Below, piece after piece: positions 1 through 11,773 of a stretch of 64,000 nt of DNA. A program made the position numbers and the translations under genes. Under the pieces are notes generated by a model that did no database searches, was not told the DNA's origin, and worked only from the letters and a program-made list of their open reading frames with translations. The DNA comes from Rhizodiscina lignyota (taxonomy: Eukaryota): NCBI GenBank assembly GCA_010015805.1, contig ML978128.1, positions 1 to 64,000 of the forward strand, given 5' to 3'. Each line of letters begins with the position of its first letter. Positions within the stretch are counted from its first letter, which is position 1.

Positions 1-2
1 TG

Positions 3-128
3 GTTCGCGAGATGGAGTGGTTAGTGGTTCGACACGCGGACAAGTTGCATGAGAGGGGAAAAGAGTTAATTCGGGAGATTGAGTGGCTGGCGTATCAATA
101 TGGCATCCAGGCCCCGAAAGAGTGGTAG
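3..128 (+). CDS. Possible 3' end of a gene entering from the left edge (VREMEWLVVRHADKLHERGKELIREIEWLAYQYGIQAPKEW*)
   Basis: Open frame from the window edge to TAG at 126-128 with protein-like composition; too short to identify. Confidence 0.3.
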   Translation, partial: VREMEWLVVRHADKLHERGKELIREIEWLAYQYGIQAPKEW

Positions 129-345
129 CATTTGTTACAGGGCCGTTGATCCAGTTATTCAATGCTACATTTCCAATGCATCGATGTGGGATAATCCTTC
201 TGAGGTAGCCGGTGCTCGCTGGGCACGAGGTCCCATGATGGCGGCGGCTCGACCTTGAGTACATCCATATGGGCAATTGTAATTCTTACAAACTTTATGT
301 CCGAAATGTGGTAACGACTCTCTAGATACAATAAAACAAGATAGT

Positions 346-1289
346 CTATGCCAGTTTAGCTTTATTGAGACTCTCCTTCGCTGTCGTCATTTCAATATCG
401 TACACTTTATCAGATCCGGGCATCAATCTGCTGCATACAGGTGCACGCTCGATATGGCATATCTCGTAGAATTTGGCAATGGCTATGTAGACCAGTTCGA
501 ATGGTATATCTACTTCCTATCTAATTCCGTCAAGACTTTCCTTCGTCGACGCCATCTCAGCCTCGTATACTTTATCACGTTCGGACATGCGTCCACTGCA
601 GACGACTGAACGCGTGATAATAGCTATGTCGTAGAATCAAGTAATGACTAGATAGCCCGGTTCAAATAGCATACTCAGAGCCTTTTTGATTGCATTAACG
701 CTTTGTTTCGCCGCCGTCATCTCAGCATCGTGCGCTCTGTCAGGTCCAGGGACGGATCTGCCGCACACATCTGAACGCTCGATAATGCACATGTCGTCCA
801 ATCTGGTCATGGCCATCTACGCCAATCGGAGCGGCATATTCAGTGCTTGTTTGGCTTCGTTGAGACCCTCCTTAGAGCCTGTCGTCTCAAATTTGCACGT
901 AGTATCATCTTTCATCTTGCATCTGATGCGGAGGACTGAACGCCTCGAAGTACCAACGCCATAGAATCCAGCAATGGCTATCCAGTCCGATCGGAATGAT
1001 ATATTCAGTGCCCGTTCCACTTCATTGAAACTCATCTTCAAGGACGGGGCCCGAATATCGCACGCAGGATCAGCTATTGTCACGCATCCGCTGCAGACAG
1101 CTGAACGCTCGATTGTTCCTGTATCATCAGGTCCGGTAATGGCTATTCAGCCAATTAGAACAGCATATTCGGTGCCAGTCAGACCTCTTCAGAGCGCTGT
1201 TTTGCTGCTTCTAGCTTAGGTTGAGAACTGCTGTCATGTTCCACCAAGCGGTCCTGTGGCGCTGAAGTACCCATAAGATCGAGTGTCAT
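346..1289 (-). pseudogene. Decayed gene built from about five 165-bp (55-aa) tandem repeats
   Basis: Motif (c/g)tg(a/c)acgc recurs at 441, 606, 771, 936 and 1101 (exact 165-nt period). The minus frame gives a recurring ..EM..AKESLN.AK.ALN.PF....IAI..FYD...IERS.VC.. unit, interrupted by stops at 817, 637, 517 and 346, plus further stops and a frameshift near 1150-1185. Confidence 0.7.
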
Positions 1290-1569
1290 GTCAGTTAAAT
1301 ACGGGGTCACCACTAAAGAACATGAAAAAAGCATTTTGACATCATCAGTTCTATTGCTTTGTCATTTGAATGGCCATGCCACTGCCGGCATGGCCATTCG
1401 ATCTATTTCAGCTACTTAGTTACTTCTATCTGAATGGAAGTCCTCAGTAGCAGAAGAATGCTCTTCAGCGCTATGTGCGCCGCCTAGCATTTTCCTACCA
1501 CCGCGAACCTCCATTCAGATAGAAGTAACGACGCGATCCGCAGCGCGCCGGACAGCATTGGTGACACGG

Positions 1570-3977
1570 TCACACCTCCTCACCCCAACCGTCGTCAGAG
1601 TCGTCGCCATATGTGCCATATCCAATGGCGCTGACCGAGTCACCAATGCTCTCCAAGGCGCTGCGGACCTCGTCATCATCCTCCTCCTCCATGTCCTGGT
1701 CCTCGTCTTCCTCATCGTCCGAAATGTCGATGGGCTTAGCCGGAGATGGATCAGGCCGAGCGCGCTCCTGCGAAGCACGACCACCAGAGGTGACGCTCGC
1801 ACGACGCTTGGGCTTCTTCGCCTCAGCCTGATCCATCCCAGACCCCTCCCCAACCTCCGACCCCGACATCGAAATCCCAGTCTCAACAGACGCCTCGCGA
1901 TCCTTGTCTCCGGATGAGCCTCCGCTGTCGTCTCCACCACTCGATGTGGTTATGTCGTTGCCATCCGCATCGTAGATCTCCTTCATCCTGTCGTAGTTGA
2001 TGTTCCTCGAGTAATGCGGGTTTCTCTTCTCCAACATCTCGGCCACCGCTTCCGACGCCGTGCGACCCGGGGTTGCCCCCACCTTCTTGCGGCCCTTGCC
2101 ACCTTGCTTCTTGCCCTTGCCGGGGGTCTTCTTGGCACCTCCGGTGCGTGCTTCCTCAAGTGTACGGTCGAGGATGCGCTTCTGCTCCGCGCGCAGCCAG
2201 TCCTCGTTGTGAGTGAGCCAGATGGCCTCCTTGACCTTTTGCTCTGGCTCGGAGAGCAGGCAATGGTTGACCTCGGGGTCATCAGCGAACTCGTCCAGGT
2301 CTCCTATCGCGTCGGTGTTGTCGATCTCGTCGGGCGCGAGGGCCACGGCCGCACCGTTTGCCTGACGAAGCGTGCGTTCGCGTGTACGATGGGCTTCGGC
2401 TTGTTCCTCTGCGCGACGACGAGCTGCTTCGAAGGAGTACTCATCGAGCTCGATGCGGTCGTGCAGTATCCCCTCGATTTGCTTGCTGAGCGTACGTTCG
2501 AATCTGAGGTCGGTTTGGTGGATCTCGATTGGTGCAAGTGTCTCCTTCTTACGACGCTTGCGTGGAGGAGGCTGCAGCTCGGCGTCCTCGGCGTCCTCAC
2601 CATCGTCTTCTGGTTCGACGCTTGGACTCGCGGATGCTCGCATGAGGTTGGGGTCGATAGGGAGTGCAGGGATGACGAAACCATCTGCGTCTCGACGAAC
2701 TTCTTGGATGGTTGGGCGGGGGGTTGAGCTTTCAGGAGCCTCGCTTGCATTGTCCAGAGCCGCACGCTTGCGCTTCCTCTTCTCCTCGAGCTTCTCCAGG
2801 CGCTCCTTGCTGTTCTGCATGGATGGAGGATCGTGCTCAAACGCCAGAGCATGACCACCATTACGGAACTGATCCACTGTCATCCTTGCGCTCCTGGTTC
2901 GCTTCCACTCCTCTAGACGCTTGGCGACGGTTTGGTCAGTCGCACGAACGATGTACACAATCTCACGCACTGAGCGGCGATAGTTGTTCATCCTTGCGGC
3001 CAAGATGATGCACGCGCCAACGAGGCCGGCAGGACGTCTACCAGACACCATCCAGTCGCGGTCGAAACGGGAGAGGATCTTGCACGCGTCCTCAGCCACC
3101 CTTGAGGTATAGGTGCCAAACTCGAGGCGACGGCAGAAGCGACGGACAAGTGGCTCGATTTCGACTTGCGGGATCTTATCGGGGGCGTGATCCTTGTCGA
3201 TAGCATTCGGATTCAGGTACATCTTATTGCAGAATTCCTTGTAGACGTTGCCAAGCCTGAAGACGTTGTACTTGATTCTCTCCGCAAAGTCCATGAGCAG
3301 GACCTTGTTGTCGGGATCCCGGGTTCGGCAACAGAAGTACAGACAGATAGCTGCAACCGCACGGACGTTACGGCCTTGAGTGAACGAATTGGTCGATGCG
3401 AGCCCGTATAGACCAACGGCGTGGTCGCGGTGGCCGGCAATACCGAGCGCGTCTGCTAGACGATAGATCTCTTCACGGCCTAGGCATATGTTAGCGAAAG
3501 CAAGTTAGGAATTAGAAGGGTTCGCGACATACCAGCCTTGAGTGACATCTCCCTACTATTGCTTGGACCCATGGCTCCCCTGGGTGCTCCCGAGCCCATC
3601 GTGTGGGCAAATCGCTGGCCATCTCCAATATGGCTACCTTGCACAACCGCTTGGCCTGTGGCCGTCTCACCGAACGTGACATCGCTGACAATGTTGGCGC
3701 TTTCGACAACCGTACCGCACACTGTGCACACTAGCTGGCCTTCATGCTCGAAGACATCCTCGCTCTTGCAGCTAGGATCAGGACAGATTCTTTTTGGCTT
3801 TGCTTTCGCTGGCTGCTTTCCCTTGCTGCCAGGTTCCTGCTGTTTGGCAGTGGGTGTTTGAGTCAGAGCTTGAGCTGCCGGAGTGCTTGCTCTAGAATTC
3901 GACTCAGCGCGTCTTTGTTGTCGAAGAGTGGTGCCAGTGAGCCGAACAGCGCGAGGCCTCTCAGCCGCCGTCGACAT
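1570..3977 (-). CDS. BRF1: TFIIIB subunit Brf1 (TFIIB-related factor); intron 3480-3532
   Basis: N-terminal Zn ribbon CPDPSC..VCTVCGTVVESANIVSDVTFGE; cyclin repeats (GRNVRAVAAICLYFCCR, GRRPAGLVGACIILAARMNNYRRSVREIV); C-terminal LLSEPEQKVKEAIW..N.DW and SRNINYD; GTATGT..CTAAC..TAG intron joins the two ORFs in frame. Confidence 0.95.
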
Positions 3978-4690
3978 GGCTGTAGATGTTGGTTACTTCT
4001 TTTGGCAGTTGCTTGCTGTAATGCTCTGGATTGGAGAGAAGTAATCGTGCGTGGGTGTTCGTTGGTTGAGGAACGCGAGAGTGGGGAGGCTGGGATTTGT
4101 GGATGTTGTGGTGCAGCGGCAGATGGCCCGGGCTTTTTGTGCCGTCTTGGCGGAGCTGGGCGGCCCGTGAGTTCGAAACCCCGCCACCGCTTCACTCTTT
4201 CCACTTTTTCGCCAACTTCATCTCGGTTCTGCGACGTTATTACCTCGGAAAGAGAGCGCAAAAATGGTATGTAGCCGTAGTGGAAGTAGGAGATAGCCCG
4301 TTAATATTTTATTCGCACAAGGCTTGTAAAATAAGGCGAGTTGCTACAATAGGAATGAATTCGGGAGGTTGAGGGCTAAGGAGGTCATTGTGACTCAATT
4401 AACGGGCAACGCTATTGAGGAATTAAGCACAGTATTTGCATTGGTCAGAGATATTAGATCATTTGTTGAGATCATTTGTTGTCTATCCCTTCTGGATCGC
4501 TATACTAATGTTTCACACGTCAAAGGAAAATGAGAGAGGGTATCACATTAGGCTCGAGTCCGCAGACCTCCAAAAGCCTCACAAACCACGCTCCAGAAAC
4601 CCTAAAACGCCCCAAAATCGTGAATGCTAGACGATGCTCATGATAGTGATACAAAGGAAAATGTGCTTGCCGTCAGGCTGATATTCCTCT

Positions 4691-6733
4691 TCACTTTAAC
4701 CCGAAACACTTTGTCACACCTCTCAAAATTCTCCCGAGCATCCTGAAACCCAGCCCAACGAACCACACAGCTGATTTGAAGACGAATCGTAATATAGCAA
4801 AAATACCCAAGGCGACTTTGGGTATCTTCTCAAAATCCTCTTCGCCCTGTGCACTCTTCTTCTGCTTCTTGCTCTGTGGCTGCGGCTTGGGCTTCGTTGT
4901 ACCTTTGCCCTTTCCCTTTCCTTTAATATCTGGACTCGGCGGAGCCTCAAATTTCAGTCCTGGATCCTCGCTTCTCCTTGACTCCGCGACTGCCACGGCA
5001 AAGACGGCGCAGACTGCCACATCAATGAGATACGGATTTCTCAGCGATTGGCACGCGGTGGCGTTGACGTCCAGGATACCAGCCGCCAGATCCAGACCCG
5101 CGAGCACGGAGTTATCCTCGTCTTCCTGGTTCGAGGGACCTGCTGGGCGATACTCATGCTTCCTGTCTCTGGAATTTGGGTATGGATTCATCAATGAGAT
5201 TTTCGCTCTCGAATTCGGGTTTGTTGGTGCATCCAGTTTACCAGAAATATCACCCTCGACCGCAATGTGCAAAACTCCTAGTGCCGGATGCAGCAGCTCG
5301 TAAGTACCGCTCCGTGGGGTTGTACGCCGCCAGAGCAACTCCACTGACTCTTGCTCTTCTGCTTGGCGCACAGCTTCCTCTGCCAGGCGCCGCGCTTCTT
5401 CTGAATTCGCATTCGGGTCCACGAGCGCCAGACTAGATCCTGCGGGAGAATTTGCAGTTGCGGAGAGTGAGGTCAGTGTTGCGAGCGTTGGTGAGAATGT
5501 CGTAATGTGATGTGGAAGATGCCCTGTCTCTGCAGCGTTGGCTTCAATATCCATGGCAAAGCCAGAGCTGTTAGCTACCGGCACGCTGTGTGTAGTTGAG
5601 AGCGATGGAGGAGGCGGTGGCGTGATGTCCATGTGTGCAATGGGTAGCACATCAGGTCGATTCGGATGATGTCGGAATACAAGGAGCTCATGCTCTTGAA
5701 GAGCATGCTGATTGCCCGCAGTATCTTCTACAATTTCGGGCTCGAGATTTGACTGCCGCAAGCTGTAGAATGGCCTCTTTGGTGTAGAGCCGAAGGTCAC
5801 TGTGGGTCGCTCTTTCGAAGGTGTCTTTGACGAAGTAGATCCGCTTGGTCTGTTCAACTGTAGAGAAAAGTTCTGTGGTCCTGCTGGGGAGACTGGTTGG
5901 CCATTCGCAGAGCTCCAAAGATTATGCAGCTCCGATCCAGGGGTAATAAATTCTCGTCCTGAGGGGCCTTGTGCTTCTGGAGGTGGAGAATACGGCGCTT
6001 TGCTAATCTTGTCCATTGGCAAGTGCGCAGGTGAGGCGACGTCCCGAGTTGGCCGATACTCTTGCTCCGCTAGAGGTACGCCGGGATTATACTGCGGAAA
6101 AATTGATTGCATTGGGATGAATTCTCCAGGGCTCACTGGTGAGCGCATAGCTGTTCGCCCACTCATGGTGCGCACGAGCGTTGGACTCGCGGAAAAGTTT
6201 GAGTCCGGTGAGCCTACGCGACTCCCATTTGGATATCCCGGCGATGGATTGTGCTTTGCTCTCTCGGGACTACGAAAAGCGGCAGCATTCTGGTTTTCCA
6301 TTATTGGCTCTGGAGTACCAACTGCTGAATCGTCTCGCGCTCCAAATTTTGGAGTTGGGGTGCGCTGCCTGGGATTCATTCGTGAGGCCAAAGAGGTGGT
6401 GCGATTTGGAAATGCAGAGACAGGGGTAGCCGAGCTGCTCGCTTCGGCTGGCGAGTTGAAGGTGTGCTCATGCGATTTGCGCTCTGGTGATGCAGTCTGC
6501 TGTCGTTCCGGCTCTTCATAATGCTGAGGAGAAGAGTAATGAATCTGGGAGGGAGCTTGGTGGGTCGCTGCGGGTACTTGTATGATTAATTCGTGGAAGT
6601 CAGCGGGCGATTTTGTGGGCTCCATATGAATCCTCGGATTCGCCGCAGAGGTCGCAGATCGCCTACTATCCTTGCGCTTGAGCTGCTTCTTGTCCGCCGG
6701 CGGGAACAGCTGGAGAGAAGGTCGCGAAGCCAT
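4691..6733 (-). CDS. Conserved-looking Pro/Ser-rich fungal hypothetical protein (680 aa)
   Basis: Long uninterrupted ORF; PMQSIFPQYNPGVPLAEQEYRP and YLIDVAVCAVFAVAVAE blocks; amphipathic/hydrophobic C-terminus. Confidence 0.8.
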   Translation of the reverse strand: MASRPSLQLFPPADKKQLKRKDSRRSATSAANPRIHMEPTKSPADFHELIIQVPAATHQAPSQIHYSSPQHYEEPERQQTASPERKSHEHTFNSPAEASSSATPVSAFPNRTTSLASRMNPRQRTPTPKFGARDDSAVGTPEPIMENQNAAAFRSPERAKHNPSPGYPNGSRVGSPDSNFSASPTLVRTMSGRTAMRSPVSPGEFIPMQSIFPQYNPGVPLAEQEYRPTRDVASPAHLPMDKISKAPYSPPPEAQGPSGREFITPGSELHNLWSSANGQPVSPAGPQNFSLQLNRPSGSTSSKTPSKERPTVTFGSTPKRPFYSLRQSNLEPEIVEDTAGNQHALQEHELLVFRHHPNRPDVLPIAHMDITPPPPPSLSTTHSVPVANSSGFAMDIEANAAETGHLPHHITTFSPTLATLTSLSATANSPAGSSLALVDPNANSEEARRLAEEAVRQAEEQESVELLWRRTTPRSGTYELLHPALGVLHIAVEGDISGKLDAPTNPNSRAKISLMNPYPNSRDRKHEYRPAGPSNQEDEDNSVLAGLDLAAGILDVNATACQSLRNPYLIDVAVCAVFAVAVAESRRSEDPGLKFEAPPSPDIKGKGKGKGTTKPKPQPQSKKQKKSAQGEEDFEKIPKVALGIFAILRFVFKSAVWFVGLGFRMLGRILRGVTKCFGLK

Positions 6734-7605
6734 TTGGGTCCGATTAATTGCAATGGAGATATGAAGACGAAACAGAAGAATGTTAAAGATAGATGGTTTC
6801 TGTCAATGCATTGCACACCAGAGGAGGTTGGGCATTTCAATCTCACAGGAATAGAACATGAACCCGGGGGGATATAAAGTCATTGCGAATACGCTTGTCA
6901 GGGTTCACCCGGAGGCAATAGCGGCTGCGAGCATCGCTGACGATGCGACCTAGTCTCTGTTCATGCACAAGTCTTACCTCTTTCGAAGGGGCCTCTCAAA
7001 AGCATCTGGGCTAGAGGATTGGTCGCATGCAAGCGGCTGGGGAAGCTCGCACGACGACTGGCTGCTCGACGCTGCAGTTAAGCGCCCACTGCGGACACGG
7101 CGGGTTTAGCTTGCTCCCCACGTTGATCTGCCTGGATGAAACACGCGTGACGAGCTCTGCTCAGCGGCTCGACCCGAAACAGCGCGCTCTGCTGATTCGA
7201 TGGCAAAAGCTGGCCTTGCAGGCGGTCTGCACCGGTTCACGGAGTGGCCGACATGTCCGTGGCCAGCGGGCTCCACCGCCAGTGAAAGCAGGGCGCTTGG
7301 CGATACGAGTCTCACGCTCCTGGAAGGACGACTGCCGGATGACATCTTTGCAGGCGTGGTGCATCGGCGCAGCGCGTACTGGTGTGATGGCGCGTGGAGC
7401 ACGATGTGAGTGAGAAATTAGAGGATGTGAAAGCATTCTCAATTGAGGCACGACATTGTGACATCGCGCCGGCGCAAGAGACGCAGAGCTCCACTCGCTC
7501 CGTCAGCCCTACCGGCACAACGTCGGTGGCAATCAGTATGACGCCGATCGCGAGTTTTGCGCAAATTTCCACATTCAGACGAATTACCTGGAACGACCCG
7601 TGACC

Positions 7606-8976
7606 ATGCCTACAGAGCTTGAAGATGTAAGAGATGTTTCCTGTAGCTTATGCGCCCAGGCTCCCAGCTAAGTATCATTTCAGCTTGTCGAATTCCTGCA
7701 TCATGGGAACACTCAAATCCGACAAGTTGGTAGGCATCGTTCTGTATCACGACTCTTCAAGTCAGAACTAACGCATATTTGAAGCTGTGGAGCATCTTGT
7801 TGGATACTCAACCGCACAGCCATCCGTCTTCAAGACGGGCCAGTTGGCCCCCGTGAAGGATCTGAAGCTTTTGGTCAAAGACTATGAGGTATGCCGAGAA
7901 CGAGATTGCAGAGAATATGCACTGATCGGAACCAGCCCATCGCCAAAAATGTGCTTACAATCCTCATCAACATCTCGAACGATCAAGAGGTGCTGCATAA
8001 CCTGGCCACCGACGATGCCTTCCTCGAATCGCTCCTCGCGCGGATAACCGTATGTTAGTTCTCCATGGCGCGTTAGCAGACCAAGACGCCAGACTAATGC
8101 GATGAATACTAGAAACCAAAGGAACCAAATGCGGACGAGATAGCAATGCTACTTGCCAACCTGGCAAAGGATGAAAGCATGAAGCGGATACTAACTCTGC
8201 AACGCGCTGTGCCGAAAGACCTCTCGACCTCGAAGTACGCCATAGACCAGCTAATGGACTGCTTCGTGAAAGGAGCCGAAGGGCGATATAATAAGCACGC
8301 CAACTACGACTACCTTTCGTACTTCTTCGCCGACATAGCAAAGGTGGGATAATCGGACCTCCACGTAGCATAGTGGCTCATAATCACATAGTATCCTGAA
8401 GGACAAACCTACCTCATCACGCCACAATCGCACGACAACGACATCATCCCTCTAACGAAACTCATAGTCTTCACCGAGCATGGATCCGAAATCCGCAGGC
8501 GAGGTGTCGCCAGTACAATCAAGAATGTCGCCTTTGCCGTCCCCTCGCACACTGCACTTCTCTCGGACCATCCTTCGTCCGGCGTGAACATCCTACCCTA
8601 CCTATTACTACCGCTCATGGGCAACGAGGAGTATAATGACGAGGACACAGAGGGCATGCTGGACGAAGTACAGCTGTTGCCTCCGGATAAGGAGCGTGAG
8701 AGAGACAACGAAATTCTCAAGACGCATTTGGAGACTTTGCTGCTCCTCACCACAACCCGAGGTGGGCGAGATGTGCTCAGGGATGTGAAGGTGTATCCAA
8801 TTGTGCGGGAAGTGCATCTGCAGATTGAGGATGACGAGGTGAGGGAGAACGTGGATAGGCTAGTGCAGGTTATCATGAGGAGTGAGGAGGGCGAAGAAGT
8901 GGAGGAGGACAAGGAGAAGGAAGAGCCACGGGTAAAAGAGATAGACAGCGATGAGGAGATTGTGGACGTAATATGA
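7606..8976 (+). CDS. HGH1: Hgh1 (eEF2 chaperone, FAM203/DUF383-384 family); 5 short introns
   Basis: Spliced start MPTELED|LVEFLHHGNTQIRQ; YNKHANYDYLSYFFAD, IRRRGVASTIKNVAF, NILPYLLLPL.G and LETLLLLTTTRGGRDVLR motifs; canonical GT-AG introns. Confidence 0.92.
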
Positions 8977-9005
8977 CATTGATGAGCTGCGTCAACATGA
9001 ACGCA

Positions 9006-11372
9006 CTATATGATATCCAATCCGTCATCGTCATCATCATCATCATCATCGTTACTTTGGTTGTTTCCAGCCAATCCTAAACTGTCTCGACCAGGCTCTC
9101 GAAGGCCTTTATTGTCGAGCATGAAACGCGCCCTTTTCTTGCTTGGAGAAAGGCTTCCCCTATCAGTACCGGCGTCGGCTGCCTTAGTGCTGTTTTCGTC
9201 CTTCTTGGGACTCAGTAGTAGGCCTCGTTTAAAGGCACCACCCCACCCTACTGGCTCGCTCGAAGTACCGCCTCCGCCTCTCTTTCTCTTCACGGGACTC
9301 AGAGTTACGTCCGTTGCGCTCCTGTTCAACAAACCCATCGATGCAGCATCAGGTTTATCCTGCGTTGTAGACGATGCTTGAGAAACTTGGTCTGCTGTCG
9401 TCGATCGTGTATCTGCGCGCCATGCAACTGACTTTTTCATGCGCATGTACTCTGCGCCAGCCTTGTTGCCAATCTTTCCCAACTTGTCTACAAGCTCCAT
9501 TTCTTTGTCCCTCTCTTTCGTGCGCTTCTTCAGTAGCTCGTCTCTGCTGAAGCCTCTTTCAAATGAGTTCCTCCCAAACTCTTCATCATCTAAGATACTT
9601 GCAGCTGTTCTTCCGGGCCTTCCAGGCACCATGTAATAGCTCTCCTTCGTCTCATAGTCATACTCCCTCCCGTCTGCAGGGAGTAGACCATTTCTCCTCT
9701 TCTCTTCTTTCGACACGTATCGGCTATTCGTCCACTTATCTTTTCCTTCCCACTCGCCACCTGTTTTCCCAAATCTCCCCATGGTATTGACCTCCATCCT
9801 TGTAGCCCTCGCCTTCTCGACCTGCAAGTTCACATGGAAGTCGCAGAACTCGGTCTTCTTTGCGTTCACCCAACTTCCACATTCCTGCCCACTGCTCTTA
9901 ATGCTCTTGCAGAATCCCAAATCACGCGCCGTGCCAATCTCCAGCACTGTATCATCGCTGCTCGCGAGCTTGAGCGCGAACGCACCGGTGGCTTCGCGCC
10001 CCGGTTTAGGCGGCATGATTCCTGGGTTCAGTATAGCAATGAGTGTTCCAGGCGTGAGCTTCCAAAACTGCGAGAATGCGGAGTCGAACAGGAAGAGATC
10101 GACTTCCCACTTAAGATCCGTGAGACGGAGAGCCATGAACTTGTTCCTGCCGGTAGCTCGTGCGTCTTCGTCTGCATCGTTGCTTGTGGTTGTTTTGGGT
10201 CCGTTGATATGATCCTTGGGTGTGGACTTCGAGCCAATGATACCGAGTACGACGTAGTCGGACTCCACGTCGGGAGGCTCGTAGGCTGGCCCCTTTACTT
10301 CTTTGAGGAGTTTTGGGAGTGTATAGAGCGCCTTATCCGTGAAGGCACGTGTGAGCGTGGTGTGAGGCATTTGGCGCTTAGCCAGATGAAGGCCAGAGAA
10401 GGATTCGAGGGTTGAAGTTGGCTCGGATGCTGCGGTAGTTGCTGCCTCAGATTTTGCTGTTGACAGCTCTTGTCGCGAAAGGCGTGTGCGTAGTTGGTTG
10501 GGTTCACCAATCGGCTTGGACAATGTACGAGGCGCATATCCAGAAGCGCTGCGTGCTCGGTCTTCTGGACGCTCGAAACGTCTTGCCTCTTTACCAACGC
10601 TGTTAAAGGACTGCAGTTCTTCTTTATTTAGTCCAAACCCCTGACCTCGAGCTTTTTGTATTCGATCAGCCTTCTCTTGTTTTTCCTTGTCCCCACCTCT
10701 TGACTCCGCTAGTCGCTCACTGAATGTCTTCAGTGCCGGCAGAGGCGCACGATCCTTGACTGTGCTCGGCTCATGATGTGATTTCGACCGTCCCAGATGA
10801 GACGATGTCCCTCGTGAGAATGAGTTTGACTGCGTAGAGGTGCTGGCAGCTCGTTTGAGTGATACATTTTGAGCTTTAAGTCCCTTGTCGATACCCAAAA
10901 TAACTCGCGCTGGTGATTTCTGCTCAAGCGGCGCCCGGCGATCCTTTGTTGGAGATAGAGGCACTTGCACAGATGTCTTTGGTGCTGCTGGCTCCGATTT
11001 CCAGCTCGATGTCCTTGTCTCTGTGGCTGTCGCAGGCCGCGCCGGTTCTTTGAATGGATCATTTTCTACCACAGCGTTCTTTTGCTTCGCCTTTGCCTGC
11101 TGAAGCTTCTTCAGCTTCAGCTTGGCTTCAATGGCCTTAAGCTTCAATTGGAGAGTCTCTTCGTCCTCGTCTTCGTCTTCTTCGTCTGAAGGCAGTGATA
11201 ATGGGGCATCGTTGAGTTTTGAGGACGACGTCGGTCGTTTTATGGGCGAGGGGGATACTGATCGTCCTTCCCGCCGTCGCTGGTACCTCTCTCGTCCGCT
11301 AGGTGAGCTCAGAAGAGCCTGTAGTGGGGATTTCGGAGGCCAATCCGGTTGCTTGCGCGGTGAAGCTGCCAT
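9006..11372 (-). CDS. MCM10: DNA replication factor Mcm10 (Cdc23)
   Basis: OB fold (DYVVLGIIGSKS..KFMALRLTDLKWEVDLFLF..FWKLTPGTLIAILNP) followed by LEIGTARDLGFC and the CCCH Zn finger CKSIKSSGQECGSWVNAKKTEFCDFH; N-terminal coiled coil; start taken at MAASPRK. Confidence 0.93.
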   Translation of the reverse strand: MAASPRKQPDWPPKSPLQALLSSPSGRERYQRRREGRSVSPSPIKRPTSSSKLNDAPLSLPSDEEDEDEDEETLQLKLKAIEAKLKLKKLQQAKAKQKNAVVENDPFKEPARPATATETRTSSWKSEPAAPKTSVQVPLSPTKDRRAPLEQKSPARVILGIDKGLKAQNVSLKRAASTSTQSNSFSRGTSSHLGRSKSHHEPSTVKDRAPLPALKTFSERLAESRGGDKEKQEKADRIQKARGQGFGLNKEELQSFNSVGKEARRFERPEDRARSASGYAPRTLSKPIGEPNQLRTRLSRQELSTAKSEAATTAASEPTSTLESFSGLHLAKRQMPHTTLTRAFTDKALYTLPKLLKEVKGPAYEPPDVESDYVVLGIIGSKSTPKDHINGPKTTTSNDADEDARATGRNKFMALRLTDLKWEVDLFLFDSAFSQFWKLTPGTLIAILNPGIMPPKPGREATGAFALKLASSDDTVLEIGTARDLGFCKSIKSSGQECGSWVNAKKTEFCDFHVNLQVEKARATRMEVNTMGRFGKTGGEWEGKDKWTNSRYVSKEEKRRNGLLPADGREYDYETKESYYMVPGRPGRTAASILDDEEFGRNSFERGFSRDELLKKRTKERDKEMELVDKLGKIGNKAGAEYMRMKKSVAWRADTRSTTADQVSQASSTTQDKPDAASMGLLNRSATDVTLSPVKRKRGGGGTSSEPVGWGGAFKRGLLLSPKKDENSTKAADAGTDRGSLSPSKKRARFMLDNKGLREPGRDSLGLAGNNQSNDDDDDDDDDGLDII

Positions 11373-11567
11373 TGTCAGTAGTGCTACGCTTCTGGAACTG
11401 AATACTCTACCTGATGCATTTGATCGCTCACGATGAATCATATTGGATGAGAAACTCTTGACTTAAGATGCTCTTCTTAGAACACATCCAGCAAATACAG
11501 CACGCATCGACTGGACTGCACGTGGAAACGATTGGTGAGCGTGTGCTCTCGGAGAATTTAATGGTCA

Positions 11568-11611
11568 AACGCGAGCGCGACGCGTCATTTAAAGCTGCAG
11601 CGTGTTTCGCG
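11568..11611. promoter_or_regulatory. MCB/SCB-like cluster in the MCM10-RNH202 divergent promoter
   Basis: AACGCGAG (11568), ACGCGT (11580-11585) and TTTCGCG (11605-11611) between two divergently transcribed replication genes. Confidence 0.55.
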
Positions 11612-11773
11612 TGTCTTAGTCAGCATATCTACTCCATGTCCATCGCGAATAGACGAAATGGCTTTCTCCATACAATCATACTCAATTACGGGTTTGCTTT
11701 CGAATTGCTTGTTTACTGTACCGTTTACGAAAAGCACTCTAAGTGAGCATATTTAACAGCGCCCCATTTTATC

